A stretch of 64,000 bases of DNA, from positions 416,001 to 480,000 of the forward strand of contig CAWJYV010000010.1 of NCBI GenBank assembly GCA_963847185.1, written 5' to 3'. The DNA is from an uncultured Methanosarcinaceae archaeon. GTDB lineage: Archaea; Halobacteriota; Methanosarcinia; Methanosarcinales; Methanosarcinaceae. Below, piece by piece: positions 32,853 through 43,608 of the stretch (the stretch's first letter is position 1; each line of letters starts with the position of its first letter). The notes under the pieces were generated by a model. It worked only from the letters and a program-made list of their open reading frames with translations, was not told where the DNA came from and did no database searches. A program made the translations under genes and the position numbers.

Positions 32853-33154
32853 ACAGGACTCAGGATAACAAAGACTGATGACATGAGGAAAAGAAGACAA
32901 AAATGGAAAAAAAGACAAAAATAACTCCTTTGTAAGCTTAATTACTCAAAACAAAATAATTCCCTTTGCGAGCCTGTAGTAAATAAAAAGTTCAAGATCT
33001 TATATATCAGTAATTTAAGATATCATGCATCTTAGATAGATTTTATATCAATATCACATTTTTTAAATTAAAGAACAAAAGAAGATATACTTTTTAAATT
33101 GAGAATGTAAGAAAAAAGAATTTGCCTTTAAAATACATCACACAGGGAGTGGGT

Positions 33155-33598
33155 ATGATGGAAGGGAGTTTTTTCAAAAAAGTACTGGTTGCAACGGACG
33201 GCTCTGAAAATGCCGCAAAAGCGGCTTCTTATGGAGTAAATATCGCAAAGTCAACAGGAGCGGAAGTTTATGCAGTTTACGTTGTTTCTACTCAACATGC
33301 TGTAACTACGCGATCGGTTAAAGGCTGGAGTGACTCATTTGAAGAATACCTAACCAATATTGGAGACTCTGCACTTGAATACGTGGAAAAACTCGGAAAA
33401 GAATCAGGAGTTAAAGTTCAGCCTGTAATTCTGAAAGGAATTCCGGCTGAAAGAATTCTTGATTATGCTGAAGAAAAGGGAATTGACCTGATAGTCATGG
33501 GTACACAGGGTCTCACAGGCGTCAAGAAATTTCTTATCGGCAGTGTCTCAGAGAATGTGCTCAGGCACTCGAAGGTTCCTGTGATGATAATTCGATGA
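33155..33598 (+). CDS. universal stress protein
   Basis: KVLVATDGS, DLIVMGT.G, IGSVSE.V. Confidence 0.93.
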   Translation: MMEGSFFKKVLVATDGSENAAKAASYGVNIAKSTGAEVYAVYVVSTQHAVTTRSVKGWSDSFEEYLTNIGDSALEYVEKLGKESGVKVQPVILKGIPAERILDYAEEKGIDLIVMGTQGLTGVKKFLIGSVSENVLRHSKVPVMIIR

Positions 33599-33747
33599 AA
33601 GCAGGCCCGGAAGGCCTGCTAATTTTTGCTGCCAATTCTCTAATCCTGCTATTTTTTGTTGTATTTTTTTATATCAGCATTTCTAATCAGTACTCGGGGC
33701 CTTTCCATGAAATCATAGCTTTTCAATCCCCGAAGATTATTGACTTT

Positions 33748-34032
33748 TTAATCCTCAAAGATTCCGGACCCCGTGAAAATGTCTTTTGCTTCTTCGAAAC
33801 TCAGGTCTTCGGGAGGCACAATGATATTTGATTCAAGTATCTCTTCAGCTCCAATCATCTCTCCTTTTTCCTTTATCTTGGAAACCAGTTTTACAAGCTC
33901 TTTCCTGAACTCTTCGGCATTCCCTTCCGTAACAAGAGTCACAATCCGGTTATCTATCTGATTAAGTTCACCACAGAGGGCTTCAGACACTCGATACTGG
34001 CCTTCCCCCATTATTCTGACTATCATTTTCAA
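33748..34032 (-). CDS. PspA-associated protein (PspAA-like)
   Basis: MIVRIMGEGQY..; overlaps the pspA stop codon. Confidence 0.75.
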   Translation of the reverse strand: MKMIVRIMGEGQYRVSEALCGELNQIDNRIVTLVTEGNAEEFRKELVKLVSKIKEKGEMIGAEEILESNIIVPPEDLSFEEAKDIFTGSGIFED

Positions 34033-34787
34033 ACCTCCTTTTTCTCTTCTCCGCCTTTGACTTCTTCCCCTGTTGTCTTCTTTTCCGGTACTTTTCCGGC
34101 GTCTGCCTTAAGCCTTGCAAGCTCGGATTCTACATTGCTCTGAGCACTGATTTTTGTAAGTTCCCTATCTATTTCGTCCCTGCTGCCAGTTAGATCTTCG
34201 AGTGTGCCGGCTTCCATAAGCTCATCAATTGCTGCAGCCCGAGCTTTCATCTCCTCGGTTTTATTTTCGGCTCTTTCAAGAGCAAGACCTACATCTGCCA
34301 TTTCTTCACTGATCCCGGTGACAGACTCATTAATTTTTACCTGGGCTTCAGCTGCTGAGTACTGAGCTTTGATGGATTCTTTTCTTGTCCTGAAGATTTC
34401 TACTTTTGTTGAAAGGCGCTTTTCTGATTCTACCAGTTTTTCCTGCTGCCTGTCGAGTTCTTCAATTTCCCTGTCAATATTCTCTACCTGCTGACTAAGG
34501 GCAGCTTTTCTCTCAAGGGCCAGCCTTGCAAGGTCTTCCCTGTTAGCTTCAATTGCGTCTTTTGCCTGCCTTTCAAGCTTGTCCTTGTTCTGCATAAGTT
34601 TAGCGCGCTGAAGTTGGAGGCGTTTTTTTGAGCTTGCAACCTCTGCAACTCCTCTTTTTACATTTTGAAGGAGTTCCAGTTGCTTCTCATAAGAATAATC
34701 AAGTGTTTCGCGAGGATCTTCCATTCTATTAAGCACTTTGTTCATTTTTGACTTAAATACGGTTTCCATCCTTGTAAATAATCCCAT
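34029..34787 (-). CDS. pspA: PspA/IM30 family protein
   Basis: EDPRE.L, REDLAR.ALERK, coiled coil. Confidence 0.92.
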   Translation of the reverse strand: MGLFTRMETVFKSKMNKVLNRMEDPRETLDYSYEKQLELLQNVKRGVAEVASSKKRLQLQRAKLMQNKDKLERQAKDAIEANREDLARLALERKAALSQQVENIDREIEELDRQQEKLVESEKRLSTKVEIFRTRKESIKAQYSAAEAQVKINESVTGISEEMADVGLALERAENKTEEMKARAAAIDELMEAGTLEDLTGSRDEIDRELTKISAQSNVESELARLKADAGKVPEKKTTGEEVKGGEEKKEV

Positions 34788-34896
34788 GTGTTTTCCCCTT
34801 TAGTTTTTGAGAATCATCGAGCAAAGTAGATGTGAGGTTTCAGATTCTTCCGTAATGCAGGTGAAACCTTCTGGTATTCTTTTTATCTTTTAATTA

Positions 34897-34956
34897 TAGC
34901 TTTAATATCCATCTAATTTAGCTTTAATATCCATCTAATTTAGCTTTAATATCCAT
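34897..34956. repeat. ~2.7 copies of the 22-bp unit TAGCTTTAATATCCATCTAATT
   Basis: Directly visible in the pspA-msvR intergenic region. Confidence 0.9.
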
Positions 34957-35113
34957 TTGTTTTGGTTGGAGTTATATTTTTAGTTTATGCGTTTTCTGGT
35001 TTATCTGTGCAAAGTTCAGGTTATTTATTTCAGATTTTTTTCCTTCGGCACTTTATTAGTATATAAAATAAATATATATTTATAAGACATTAAATATATA
35101 TTTTATGAGATTA

Positions 35114-35140
35114 TTCGCTATCTTGCGAACGATTTATATA
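35114..35140 (+). promoter_or_regulatory. MsvR box TTCG-N8-CGAA (35114-35129) next to TATA box TTTATATA (35133-35140)
   Basis: Matches the TTCG-N7-9-CGAA MsvR consensus, upstream of msvR. Confidence 0.75.
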
Positions 35141-35168
35141 TACAAAATACAACTTATCTAAAGATATT

Positions 35169-35906
35169 ATGACAAAACCTGAGAGCAAAACTGAATTTTT
35201 TTATACTGAAAAGGGGTTAATTACAATAGGCAGCCCCGTAAAACTCCAGATTCTTAACTTGCTCAGGGAAGAACCAAGATCATTTGACGAAATCGTAAAA
35301 TATACGGCAAAAGCCAAATCAACTATTTCTGTACACTTAAACAATCTCAGGGCATGCGAACTTGTAAAAGAAAATAATGACCCTGAAGATCGCCGCCGAA
35401 AAATCTATTCCCTTACTTCCTGTTATATGGGCTGCTCCAAAGAGCCCCTTATCGAGCACTATAGGAATTTGCTAGAAAAGGTTGCCGAAAATGGGAATAA
35501 CAGATTCCATTTCACTGAAACCGTATTTCATGCTCTCCATTTTGGTTTTGAAGCCTACGGGATTGATAATGCTCCTGTCGTAAAAATTATAGGGTCAGAT
35601 ATTGGAAAACATCTTTCTCCAATTTTCGAAGCCGAAACTTTTGAAGAACTCCTGATAGAGATCGCACGCTTTATGGAATTTCATGGGGATTGCCGGGTTT
35701 CTGTACTCTTGAAAGGAACTCCTTCTCTCAAGGTTGAAGACAACTTCAAAAGATCAATGCCTGTCACCGGAAAATCTTTTTGCGCCCTTCGAGAAGGGCT
35801 CATAGAAGGAATTCTTAAAGAAAAGCTTGGGGAAGATTACAGGGTTTTAGAAACTGAATGTTATGGGATAGGAAACGATCACTGTCTTTTTGAAATAACC
35901 CTATAA
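35169..35906 (+). CDS. msvR: redox-sensing ArsR-HTH/V4R regulator MsvR
   Basis: N-terminal wHTH (AKSTISVHL); V4R Cys205/231/239; cognate box upstream. Confidence 0.85.
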   Translation: MTKPESKTEFFYTEKGLITIGSPVKLQILNLLREEPRSFDEIVKYTAKAKSTISVHLNNLRACELVKENNDPEDRRRKIYSLTSCYMGCSKEPLIEHYRNLLEKVAENGNNRFHFTETVFHALHFGFEAYGIDNAPVVKIIGSDIGKHLSPIFEAETFEELLIEIARFMEFHGDCRVSVLLKGTPSLKVEDNFKRSMPVTGKSFCALREGLIEGILKEKLGEDYRVLETECYGIGNDHCLFEITL

Positions 35907-36088
35907 ACTTCTTTAGTGAACTCTAACGCTTAGGTCAAAATTTTAGTTAGAAGCTAACCGTTTTAAGCTAACCGTTTTAAGCGCGCATAGATTTCAAAGC
36001 CTACTGACTCATAATACTAAACCTCTAAACTCGCTTCTCAATTATCTGACCAATCAGCTTTCCGACCAACTTTTATTTGAAGAGGGCT

Positions 36089-36808
36089 CTAGCGTGCGTC
36101 TCCTATTATAACTCCCAGCTCCGATTTCAGGCGAGGACCTATCGCTGCCACTATACCTGGACCATCGGTTTTTTCCTGGCACACAATAGCGTGTTCAAGC
36201 AGGCCAAGACGCTCAATTTCATAAATATCCCTGCCGTGCCCTGTCCTTTTTATTGCACTTTTGATTTCCGAACGGGTAGCTGCATTAACTATAACCCTGT
36301 CAGTACCTGCTTTTTTCCAATTCCACCAGAGATCAAGCTGTTTTTTGCTGAAACGGGCCGTTATTTTTTTATTTGCCTCAAATACTTCAATTTCAACCGG
36401 CAAATGAGGTATCAGACCGAATCTGGATGCAAGCTGTTTTGGCTTTCCACTGCCAAGAGCTTTTAGTTCCTCAGCTTCAACCCTGACAGGTACGCCTATG
36501 TTTACTACAAAAGCGTCCTCTGCAAAAGCCTGAAGAAAGCCTATATATGTCTTACCTGCTTCAGCCTTTTTTGCAGGAATTCCGTATCTGGAAACCAGAA
36601 AATTTGCAGACACTTCTTCATCTTCACCTTCAAGAGAGAACTCAACCCAGTTTTCAGAGGTAACAGAGATATCAATCTTTACTTCAAGGTCTTTCAATTC
36701 GTTCTCAACCAGGGGTTTTAAAAGGTCAATCATCCTTTCCCTGTTTTTTCCATAAATATGCTGGAGGGTTACAACTTTTATCATGGTTTTCCTGCCGCTT
36801 ACTCTCAT
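36089..36808 (-). CDS. DUF2110-family conserved archaeal protein
   Basis: TGH.RDI..IERLGLLE...C...TD.PGI. Confidence 0.75.
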   Translation of the reverse strand: MRVSGRKTMIKVVTLQHIYGKNRERMIDLLKPLVENELKDLEVKIDISVTSENWVEFSLEGEDEEVSANFLVSRYGIPAKKAEAGKTYIGFLQAFAEDAFVVNIGVPVRVEAEELKALGSGKPKQLASRFGLIPHLPVEIEVFEANKKITARFSKKQLDLWWNWKKAGTDRVIVNAATRSEIKSAIKRTGHGRDIYEIERLGLLEHAIVCQEKTDGPGIVAAIGPRLKSELGVIIGDAR

Positions 36809-36841
36809 CTGTCTCTCTATTCCGGAACCTGAAAGCTCGAT

Positions 36842-37486
36842 TTAATTCTTCAGATAAGATTCCAGAAGCTTCTCACTTTCCTCCAGGGCTGAGATAACAG
36901 TTTCATCAATAGGGCTTTCTGCCCTTTCAATCTGGTTCTGGAGTTTTTTAATATCCCGGCTATAAGGGCCGAGCTTGCGGGAAATCGCATCTTTACTATC
37001 TCCCTGCTCCATCGCATCCCTGTGGATGCTTTCTATTTTGTTTTTAAGATACTTTATTTTTTCAAGAATTTCAGCATTTAGCGGGTCAAGCTTTTCTATC
37101 TGATCAGGCTCTCTTGGTTCTACATCTTCTGCAGGTGTTTCTTCTTCACCTTCTGTGCCCTTCCCCATTTCTTTTCTTTCGGACTCTTCTTTTTGCGCTT
37201 TTTCTATTGAATACTCTTCAGAGATTATATCTCTGAATTCTTTAAGGGCAGTCTCTACTTCCTTTCCATATTCAGTAAGTTCAACAAATTTTATCCGCCC
37301 CTCAAATGTGAATCTTATGAGTCCGCACTGTTCCATTTTCGCGAGGATTCTTGTTGTATGGGCAAAGGTGGAATCTATTTCTTTCGAAATAACTGAGGCG
37401 TAGGTCTTTCCCATCGAGCCTATAAATAGCAGCGCAAGAGTGGGTTTTTCCTGCAAAAATAACTTTTCTGCATTTTCTTCGGACAT
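36842..37486 (-). CDS. MarR-like winged-helix regulator with C-terminal extension
   Basis: YAS.ISKEIDSTFAHT, GRIK.V.LT..G. Confidence 0.8.
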   Translation of the reverse strand: MSEENAEKLFLQEKPTLALLFIGSMGKTYASVISKEIDSTFAHTTRILAKMEQCGLIRFTFEGRIKFVELTEYGKEVETALKEFRDIISEEYSIEKAQKEESERKEMGKGTEGEEETPAEDVEPREPDQIEKLDPLNAEILEKIKYLKNKIESIHRDAMEQGDSKDAISRKLGPYSRDIKKLQNQIERAESPIDETVISALEESEKLLESYLKN

Positions 37487-37638
37487 GCTATCACATTAAA
37501 ACTTTTTAGCGGATTGTTTCTGGATCTCAACTAAGGCTTTTTTACGAACTAAGGCTTTTTTATTATTCTTTAAGGGGTTATATATAATATAATATTGGAG
37601 TAAATATTGAAGTAATTTTCAGGTTTCTAGCATTTTCT

Positions 37639-38805
37639 TCACCTAGAAAGCTTCCTGATTATATTTTTTATTTCAGGAATGGGAGCATCAGTCCTGAATG
37701 AAGTTCCGCTGAAGTGAGTTCTGGAAGCTTCAAACCCATGAGCCTTAAGGGCTTCTATCAAAGTCTCTATACCGGTTGCAGAAGCCCCGAGTTCTTTACA
37801 GATCACGTGCTGGTCATAAAACATCGGGATATCTAGTTCATCCCTGCTGAAAGTGATTAACTTTTTCGCTTTATCTTTTGTATTCAGAGGATGTACTTCA
37901 AGTTCCGAAATGACCTTATCACAGAAACAGGGTTCCCTTAAAGGTCCGAGCCAGAGAGGACCTGCAACCTTTGTGAGCGCCCCACATACCGGGCAATTCT
38001 TATCGATGTGGACTGCAAGCCCATAGACAGGCCCCCTGAACCCGCATGCAGGACAGTGAACGTTGAAACCCATTGACTTCAAAGTTCTGTCAACGTGTTT
38101 TGTCCCTGGAAGTACCTCAAGGTAAGTGCGGACGTAGTGGCGTGTCACATGAGAAAGCAGAGGCATCATTCCTTTTTCATGTTTTGCAAGTTCTCTGGCA
38201 CAGGCTCCCAGGAGAACTCGCAGGCCCATTTCACTGTGATATTCCGTGTTTAAAGGTACAGCAGCATATTTCCTTATTCCAGCATTCAGATGGGCTCCAC
38301 ATAAGGGAGCAGTATCTGTTGCCGTAACAGAGAGCATACTCTGTACCGAGGCAGCTGCTGCATCCAGGAAGGGTGAAGGAGTGCCAAAGGGATCAATATC
38401 CACTATGTGAAATTTCTGTTCGTGGAGCAGTACGTTTGCGTTCTTGCGAGTAGCCAGCGTCTTTCCCTCAAGCCCGTTAAGTTTGATATTTTCCTTTATC
38501 ATTTCAAACGCATCGGGGCTCCAATCATTCATTGTCGCATGGATTCCTACTTCGCCTGCGATCCTAAGGCCCCTTATTCCTGATGCAGAAAATGCATCTA
38601 CATAACGGATTTCTTCCCTGAGAATTTCTTTCCTTGAAAGGAGGCTGTCTACAAATGCCGCTGTAGCTGCAACATTAATATCTCGGTTAAGCTCCATTTC
38701 CGGGTTATAAAATACAGCCGCTGCCGAGGGAGGAAAGGTTGCATCCGGAGGTGGCACCGGAACAGAAACCTTTGTTGTACCTTCGACTATGATTTTACAG
38801 ATCAT
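37639..38805 (-). CDS. trm1: tRNA (guanine26-N2)-dimethyltransferase
   Basis: VFYNP.M..NRD, SASGIRG.R, DIDPFG, GPLW.G. Confidence 0.96.
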   Translation of the reverse strand: MICKIIVEGTTKVSVPVPPPDATFPPSAAAVFYNPEMELNRDINVAATAAFVDSLLSRKEILREEIRYVDAFSASGIRGLRIAGEVGIHATMNDWSPDAFEMIKENIKLNGLEGKTLATRKNANVLLHEQKFHIVDIDPFGTPSPFLDAAAASVQSMLSVTATDTAPLCGAHLNAGIRKYAAVPLNTEYHSEMGLRVLLGACARELAKHEKGMMPLLSHVTRHYVRTYLEVLPGTKHVDRTLKSMGFNVHCPACGFRGPVYGLAVHIDKNCPVCGALTKVAGPLWLGPLREPCFCDKVISELEVHPLNTKDKAKKLITFSRDELDIPMFYDQHVICKELGASATGIETLIEALKAHGFEASRTHFSGTSFRTDAPIPEIKNIIRKLSR

Positions 38806-38828
38806 TTGAAAGTGCTATCTTTGGGATC

Positions 38829-39497
38829 TTATTTTACAGTGATGGTCATTTCCATCTGCGGATATCCTTTCACACCGAAACTATAACTTCCAGGCTCATT
38901 GAATGTGTACTCCAGAGTTTTTCCATGTGCAAGCTTCTGGTCTTCGAAAAGCCTTTCTTTACTGGTTAAGGTAAAAACACTGGATTCCTGGTAATTTTTC
39001 CACATTACGATATCTCCAGCATTGATTTCCAATCTTGAAGGGATGAAAAGATTATTTTTAAGCCTTACAAGATGTGATTTCGGTGTATTTTCACCCGACT
39101 GTAAGGACCCGTTTCCTCTTTGATTTTCGACCCCAACTTCATTTTGTTTTTCTTCAAACTCTTCCTGTATTCCAGAATTTTCTGTTTCTTCAGGTGTCTC
39201 CTGTTGCTCTACTGTATCTATTCGTGCCGAAGTTTCGGTCTCTTTTGTTTCAGAAATTTCTGTATTTTCTGCTGTCTCTATCTCTTCAGATGCCCATGTT
39301 TCCTCTGATGTGTCTGTTTCTCCCTGTGTTTCAACTTCCTCTGCTGTCTCTATTTTTGGTGTCCACCTTTCTTGCGAGCTCCGGTATTCTCCTGAGCCCC
39401 CGCTGGAACTTTCCTCTTCGTTATCTTCTGAACCCAGGCAGCCTGATACAATTACTGATAGAACGACAAGCAGCAAAATTATTCCTTTTGCTACCAC
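38829..39497 (-). CDS. lipoprotein with acidic linker and C-terminal cupredoxin-like domain
   Basis: VSGC lipobox; F.P..L.I..GD.V.W.N; YTFNEPG.Y. Confidence 0.8.
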   Translation of the reverse strand: MVAKGIILLLVVLSVIVSGCLGSEDNEEESSSGGSGEYRSSQERWTPKIETAEEVETQGETDTSEETWASEEIETAENTEISETKETETSARIDTVEQQETPEETENSGIQEEFEEKQNEVGVENQRGNGSLQSGENTPKSHLVRLKNNLFIPSRLEINAGDIVMWKNYQESSVFTLTSKERLFEDQKLAHGKTLEYTFNEPGSYSFGVKGYPQMEMTITVK

Positions 39498-39744
39498 TTA
39501 CCTCCCCCGAATAGTAAGTTTCCATTTTGTATTCTCAATTATATATTAGCTTTTATATATAATAATGTTTTCTAACAATTATTAAATTGGAATCAGTTTT
39601 GAAGAAAGGATGTAATTTTCAGTGCTGTATACTGATCTCCTGGATTAAAGTTGAATAAAATTTAGCACTATTTTGCTCATAATACAATAGAAAAAATCAC
39701 AATGTAGAAAAGCCTAGCTTACAACATGGATTCAGAATTCACTT

Positions 39745-39983
39745 ATGGGAAAAAAATATTTTAAGAATATAAGAGGCTCGGAAGTTTATCTGCGTTCATG
39801 CCCCTAACATACTTCAAAAAAGGTAGATATACTTAAAAAACATAGCGATGCATCCGCTATGTTAAAAAATTTAATACTCCGAAAGGTGTAAGAGTGTATA
39901 TGTGCACCTGTCCGAGATATCCTGAAAATAAAGATAAAAAGCCTAAGGTTGAATGTTATACCAGTACAGAAAGAACGTTATAA
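39745..39983 (+). pseudogene. possible disrupted small Cys-containing ORF
   Basis: ATG GGA AAA.. with internal TAA and an apparent frameshift into ..RCIRYVKKFNTPKGVRVYMCTCPRYP.. Confidence 0.3.
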
Positions 39984-40026
39984 AAAATAGAGAAAAATAA
40001 TCGAGAAAAAATCATAGTTGGACTGG

Positions 40027-40067
40027 TATATCCCGCAGCAAGCTGCGGGAGTATTCGACTGAAATAA
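40027..40067. repeat. GC-rich perfect palindrome TCCCGCAGC-AA-GCTGCGGGA with tail GTATTCGACTGAAATAA (REP-like or IS200/IS605-end-like)
   Basis: 9-bp perfect stem in an AT-rich spacer; family assignment from recall. Confidence 0.55.
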
Positions 40068-40206
40068 TAGACATTTCAGAGAAGTTATTCGGTTCCTTAT
40101 GGAAAGCCTATTCGTATATTTAAAGTCCTTTTATGGATAAAGAATATCAGTGCTTCAATGAGCCAATCATTCCTAAATCTCTATCCTCGGTTTTTGCAGT
40201 TTTTTC

Positions 40207-40773
40207 TCAGGGTTCGGCCACACTGACATTTAAACCCATTTTTGGCTGGCCAACAACGGTGAATGAATAATCTCCAGTCTCATTGAATGTATAAGCAAAA
40301 GCGCGCTTGTATACAAGACTCTGATTCTCAAAGAGACCCTGCTCGCTGACCAGAGTTAGGCGCCTCTTCGGATTTTCCTCAAGATTCATCCAGGCAACTT
40401 TTTCTCCTTTCTTTAGTTCAAGATTAGAGGGATTTGCCCTTTTATTAACCAGTCTTATTGTATAGGGAGTTTCTCTAATTTCTGAACTTACATTCTCAGA
40501 TTCCCCTATAGTTTCATTTTCTGTTGAAGTTATTTCCTCTTCAGTTTCATTTTCTGAGGGAGTCACGGTTTCTTCTGAAGTGATATTCTCTCCTGGAGTT
40601 ATGGTTTCTTCTGAAGTGATATTCTCTCCCGGAGTTATGGTTTCTTCAGGGGTTGCATTTTCTTCTGGTGAGGGCTTCTCATCTCCCATGCAACCTGAAA
40701 GTAAAACAGTACCTAGTACGAGAAGCAGAACAACGACTTTAATTTTAATTTTCATCTTCATTTTATTCCTCAC
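40207..40773 (-). CDS. lipoprotein with cupredoxin-like domain; paralog of 38829-39497; internal EETITPGENITS repeats
   Basis: LSGC lipobox; similar C-terminal domain. Confidence 0.8.
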   Translation of the reverse strand: MRNKMKMKIKIKVVVLLLVLGTVLLSGCMGDEKPSPEENATPEETITPGENITSEETITPGENITSEETVTPSENETEEEITSTENETIGESENVSSEIRETPYTIRLVNKRANPSNLELKKGEKVAWMNLEENPKRRLTLVSEQGLFENQSLVYKRAFAYTFNETGDYSFTVVGQPKMGLNVSVAEP

Positions 40774-41225
40774 ATTTATAGATCATGAAATTTCGAGATT
40801 TTGATTCCATCTCGAATTTTCACTCAAATCTAAGTTAATATTTATCTATCAGTTTCAACTCTTTTCATTTTATTAAACTTGATTGAGTTTGTTGATTTGT
40901 GGCTTTACCTGCATACTTTAGATCTGCCTGAATTTTCTAAATAAAATCTAATCCGGTTTTTCTTTTTAAGAGAACTAACGGTATAAAAATTATTTTTCGT
41001 TTTTTTGCATACTCAGGTCTACTTTAGTCTCTATCTAAGTGTTCTATCTTTTAAAATACTTCGGACACATTTCTTAGATCATAAATATGTAGAGAAACTG
41101 ATGAATATAATTTTAACATTTTGCTCACATATAAACATATTCATGATCGGAAAATTTACTGCCAACATTCTTTCTAACCATAGACACAATTGTTTTGCCT
41201 GAAACAGAATTTGTATTGATCCTTC

Positions 41226-42458
41226 TCATACACTGTTCCATAAAAGTAAAGCGAAAGCTCCAATAATTGCAATTACTACGAAGGTATTTTTTGAAATGGA
41301 AAAAAGATTATCAGAACCTGAAATTTTCGAAATAAAGGCTTTATTTATTGTACTGACAAGGCTTGCAAGCACCGCAGTGTTTGCTGCGGTTGCATAAGAG
41401 ATATTTCCACTTACTGCAAGAAGAGTTACGGAAACTATCACACCCGAACTGCTGACAAGAGCCCCAAGAGCAGTGGCGTAAATCCCTATAGTACCTCCGG
41501 TTTTATAAGCGAAGCTTCCTATGATAAGGATCAGGGTAAAAGCAATGCCGAATTTAAAGGCCTGACCAAGTGAAAAAGGAGATTCAATTTTAAGTGCCGT
41601 CCCACCCACAGGGCAGAGCTTTTGATTTCTTCTCAGAGTAGCAACTGTAGAAACAAGGAGGAGTATAAACTGGGGGGGGAGCATGTAAAGGAGCGTCTTA
41701 CCTGTAGGGTCGACTATAAGGGTCAATGCCATGTTTCGAATTAGCATAGAGATATTGCAGAGCAGGATTCCTGTAAAGACAGCACTGTCCATATCTTTTG
41801 CTTTTTTTGAAAGTCCTGCGAGTGCTGCCGTCGTAGCTTCGCTATTAACAAATCCGCCAAGGAAGCCAGAATAACATATCCCACGTGTAGTTCCGTACTT
41901 TTTCAAGAGTACATAGCTTGAGAAACTTATAAGTGAAACAAGAATTACAATAAAGATTGCATATCTGAGGTTTACAAGTCCGAAAAACTGTTTTTCCGGC
42001 ATCACCGGATAAAGTATAAAAGCTACGGCAAGAAACTGTATGGCATTGTAAAGTTCTTCTTTTGTCAGGTTTCCGGCAAACTGGTGAAGGGGTTGTTTCT
42101 GAATCAGGAGGAAAGATACAACTATTGAAGAAACAATTGCATACAGGCCATAATCATAGCCAACAAGAACTCCCATTACAAAAATAAAGAAGAGACTTAT
42201 AGGGCTGGTAACTCCTATCCGTTTGAAAAGAAAGATTTTGCAATAAGTAATTATGGAACAGATAGCTGCAAAAAATAACGTAGCTACATAAACAAAGCCC
42301 GAACCTGTCGATTCGCTCACAAGAGCAACGAGCATGCCTGTTATACAGGTTATAGTATAACTTCTGACACCAGCAAAAATCTCATGCTCAATGCCTCTGT
42401 GTTCCCTTTCTATTCCCACCAGAATTCCTATTAGAAAGGCTATGGCCAATTTTGTCAT
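41226..42458 (-). CDS. MgtC/SapB-DUF4010 membrane protein; frame is open upstream to ACG42506
   Basis: G.LVG.ERE, AGVRS, GGFVNS.ATT; multiple TM segments. Confidence 0.85.
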   Translation of the reverse strand: MTKLAIAFLIGILVGIEREHRGIEHEIFAGVRSYTITCITGMLVALVSESTGSGFVYVATLFFAAICSIITYCKIFLFKRIGVTSPISLFFIFVMGVLVGYDYGLYAIVSSIVVSFLLIQKQPLHQFAGNLTKEELYNAIQFLAVAFILYPVMPEKQFFGLVNLRYAIFIVILVSLISFSSYVLLKKYGTTRGICYSGFLGGFVNSEATTAALAGLSKKAKDMDSAVFTGILLCNISMLIRNMALTLIVDPTGKTLLYMLPPQFILLLVSTVATLRRNQKLCPVGGTALKIESPFSLGQAFKFGIAFTLILIIGSFAYKTGGTIGIYATALGALVSSSGVIVSVTLLAVSGNISYATAANTAVLASLVSTINKAFISKISGSDNLFSISKNTFVVIAIIGAFALLLWNSV

Positions 42459-42806
42459 GAAATCCAGAAAAACCGGATCGAAACCAAACTCTTCAATTGT
42501 ACCCGTAATTCAACCTCTATATACTTCTATATGTAATTCTGTTAAGCCAATAAGTATTCCTAGAGTGATTTGTATAACACGAGTAAAGTGAATAAATGAA
42601 AAATTAAAACAAAATATAATTTTATAGTAAGAATGCTCTTGCTAATTAAGATAGCCCCTGAAAGAAGAAGAAAGTTCAGAGTAAATGGGAACCTGTAAAA
42701 TTACAGGTTACTCCGAAAACTTATTATAAATTTGTTAATTCGATTGAAGTCTTTGTTTATCTTTGTTTATAATATAACCTGGATCCTTTTCGAACTGGAT
42801 TCATTT

Positions 42807-43463
42807 TTATACTTCCACGAATTCAACTTCAATTGGTTTGTCTTCTGTCTCTCTAATAGTTATAACTGCACCTGAACCCTTGCTGGCTTCTCCCGGATTA
42901 ACCACAACTGTTTTTCCAACTGCCTCTATACCTTTTGCTTCATGGATATGCCCGCAGACAATCAGGTCGACTCTGTCAAGGAATTTCTGGATAGCTTTAC
43001 TACCTACGTGCCCGAAGGGAAGTTCATCTCTGGAACCATGGGGAGGGGCATGAGTAAGGAGCACTATTGTCCCGCAGTCAGCAGAATGTTCTGCTGAGCA
43101 GACCATTCCCTCAAGAGCATTTTCTATCTCCTCTTCAGAAAGCTCAAAGGGAGTGTTGAAAGGCGTGGGGTTTGAACCTCCAAGCCCTATAAACCGGATA
43201 TTTCTTATCTGCTCGGTTTTCCCATGCAGATTTATTGCTTTTGAAGCGTCAAGGGTTTTAAGAATGCTTCTCTGATCGCAGTTTCCGGGAATTGCAAGCA
43301 CAGGTCTGTCAAACATTTCAATTAATTCATCCACTTTTTCATCAGGCCCGAAATGGGTAAGATCCCCGACAATTACGACAAGATCAAAATCTCCGGCTTT
43401 TTCCATCATTTTCTTTATTTTCGAGTAATCCCCATGAGGATCAGATATAGCTAGTATCTTCAT
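42807..43463 (-). CDS. calcineurin-like metallophosphoesterase
   Basis: SDPHG, GD, PGNCD, THAPP, CGHIHE. Confidence 0.92.
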   Translation of the reverse strand: MKILAISDPHGDYSKIKKMMEKAGDFDLVVIVGDLTHFGPDEKVDELIEMFDRPVLAIPGNCDQRSILKTLDASKAINLHGKTEQIRNIRFIGLGGSNPTPFNTPFELSEEEIENALEGMVCSAEHSADCGTIVLLTHAPPHGSRDELPFGHVGSKAIQKFLDRVDLIVCGHIHEAKGIEAVGKTVVVNPGEASKGSGAVITIRETEDKPIEVEFVEV

Positions 43464-43608
43464 CAGTATCCCATCTTCAAATCTTTAATCGTTATCTGCA
43501 ACCCATTTCTGCAATCTCAATTCTATGCTGTTTTCTATACAGTATAAATCTGCGCTTGCTTTTGAACATGCATACATGTTTTATATTCCTTACGTAAATA
43601 TAGTGCCC

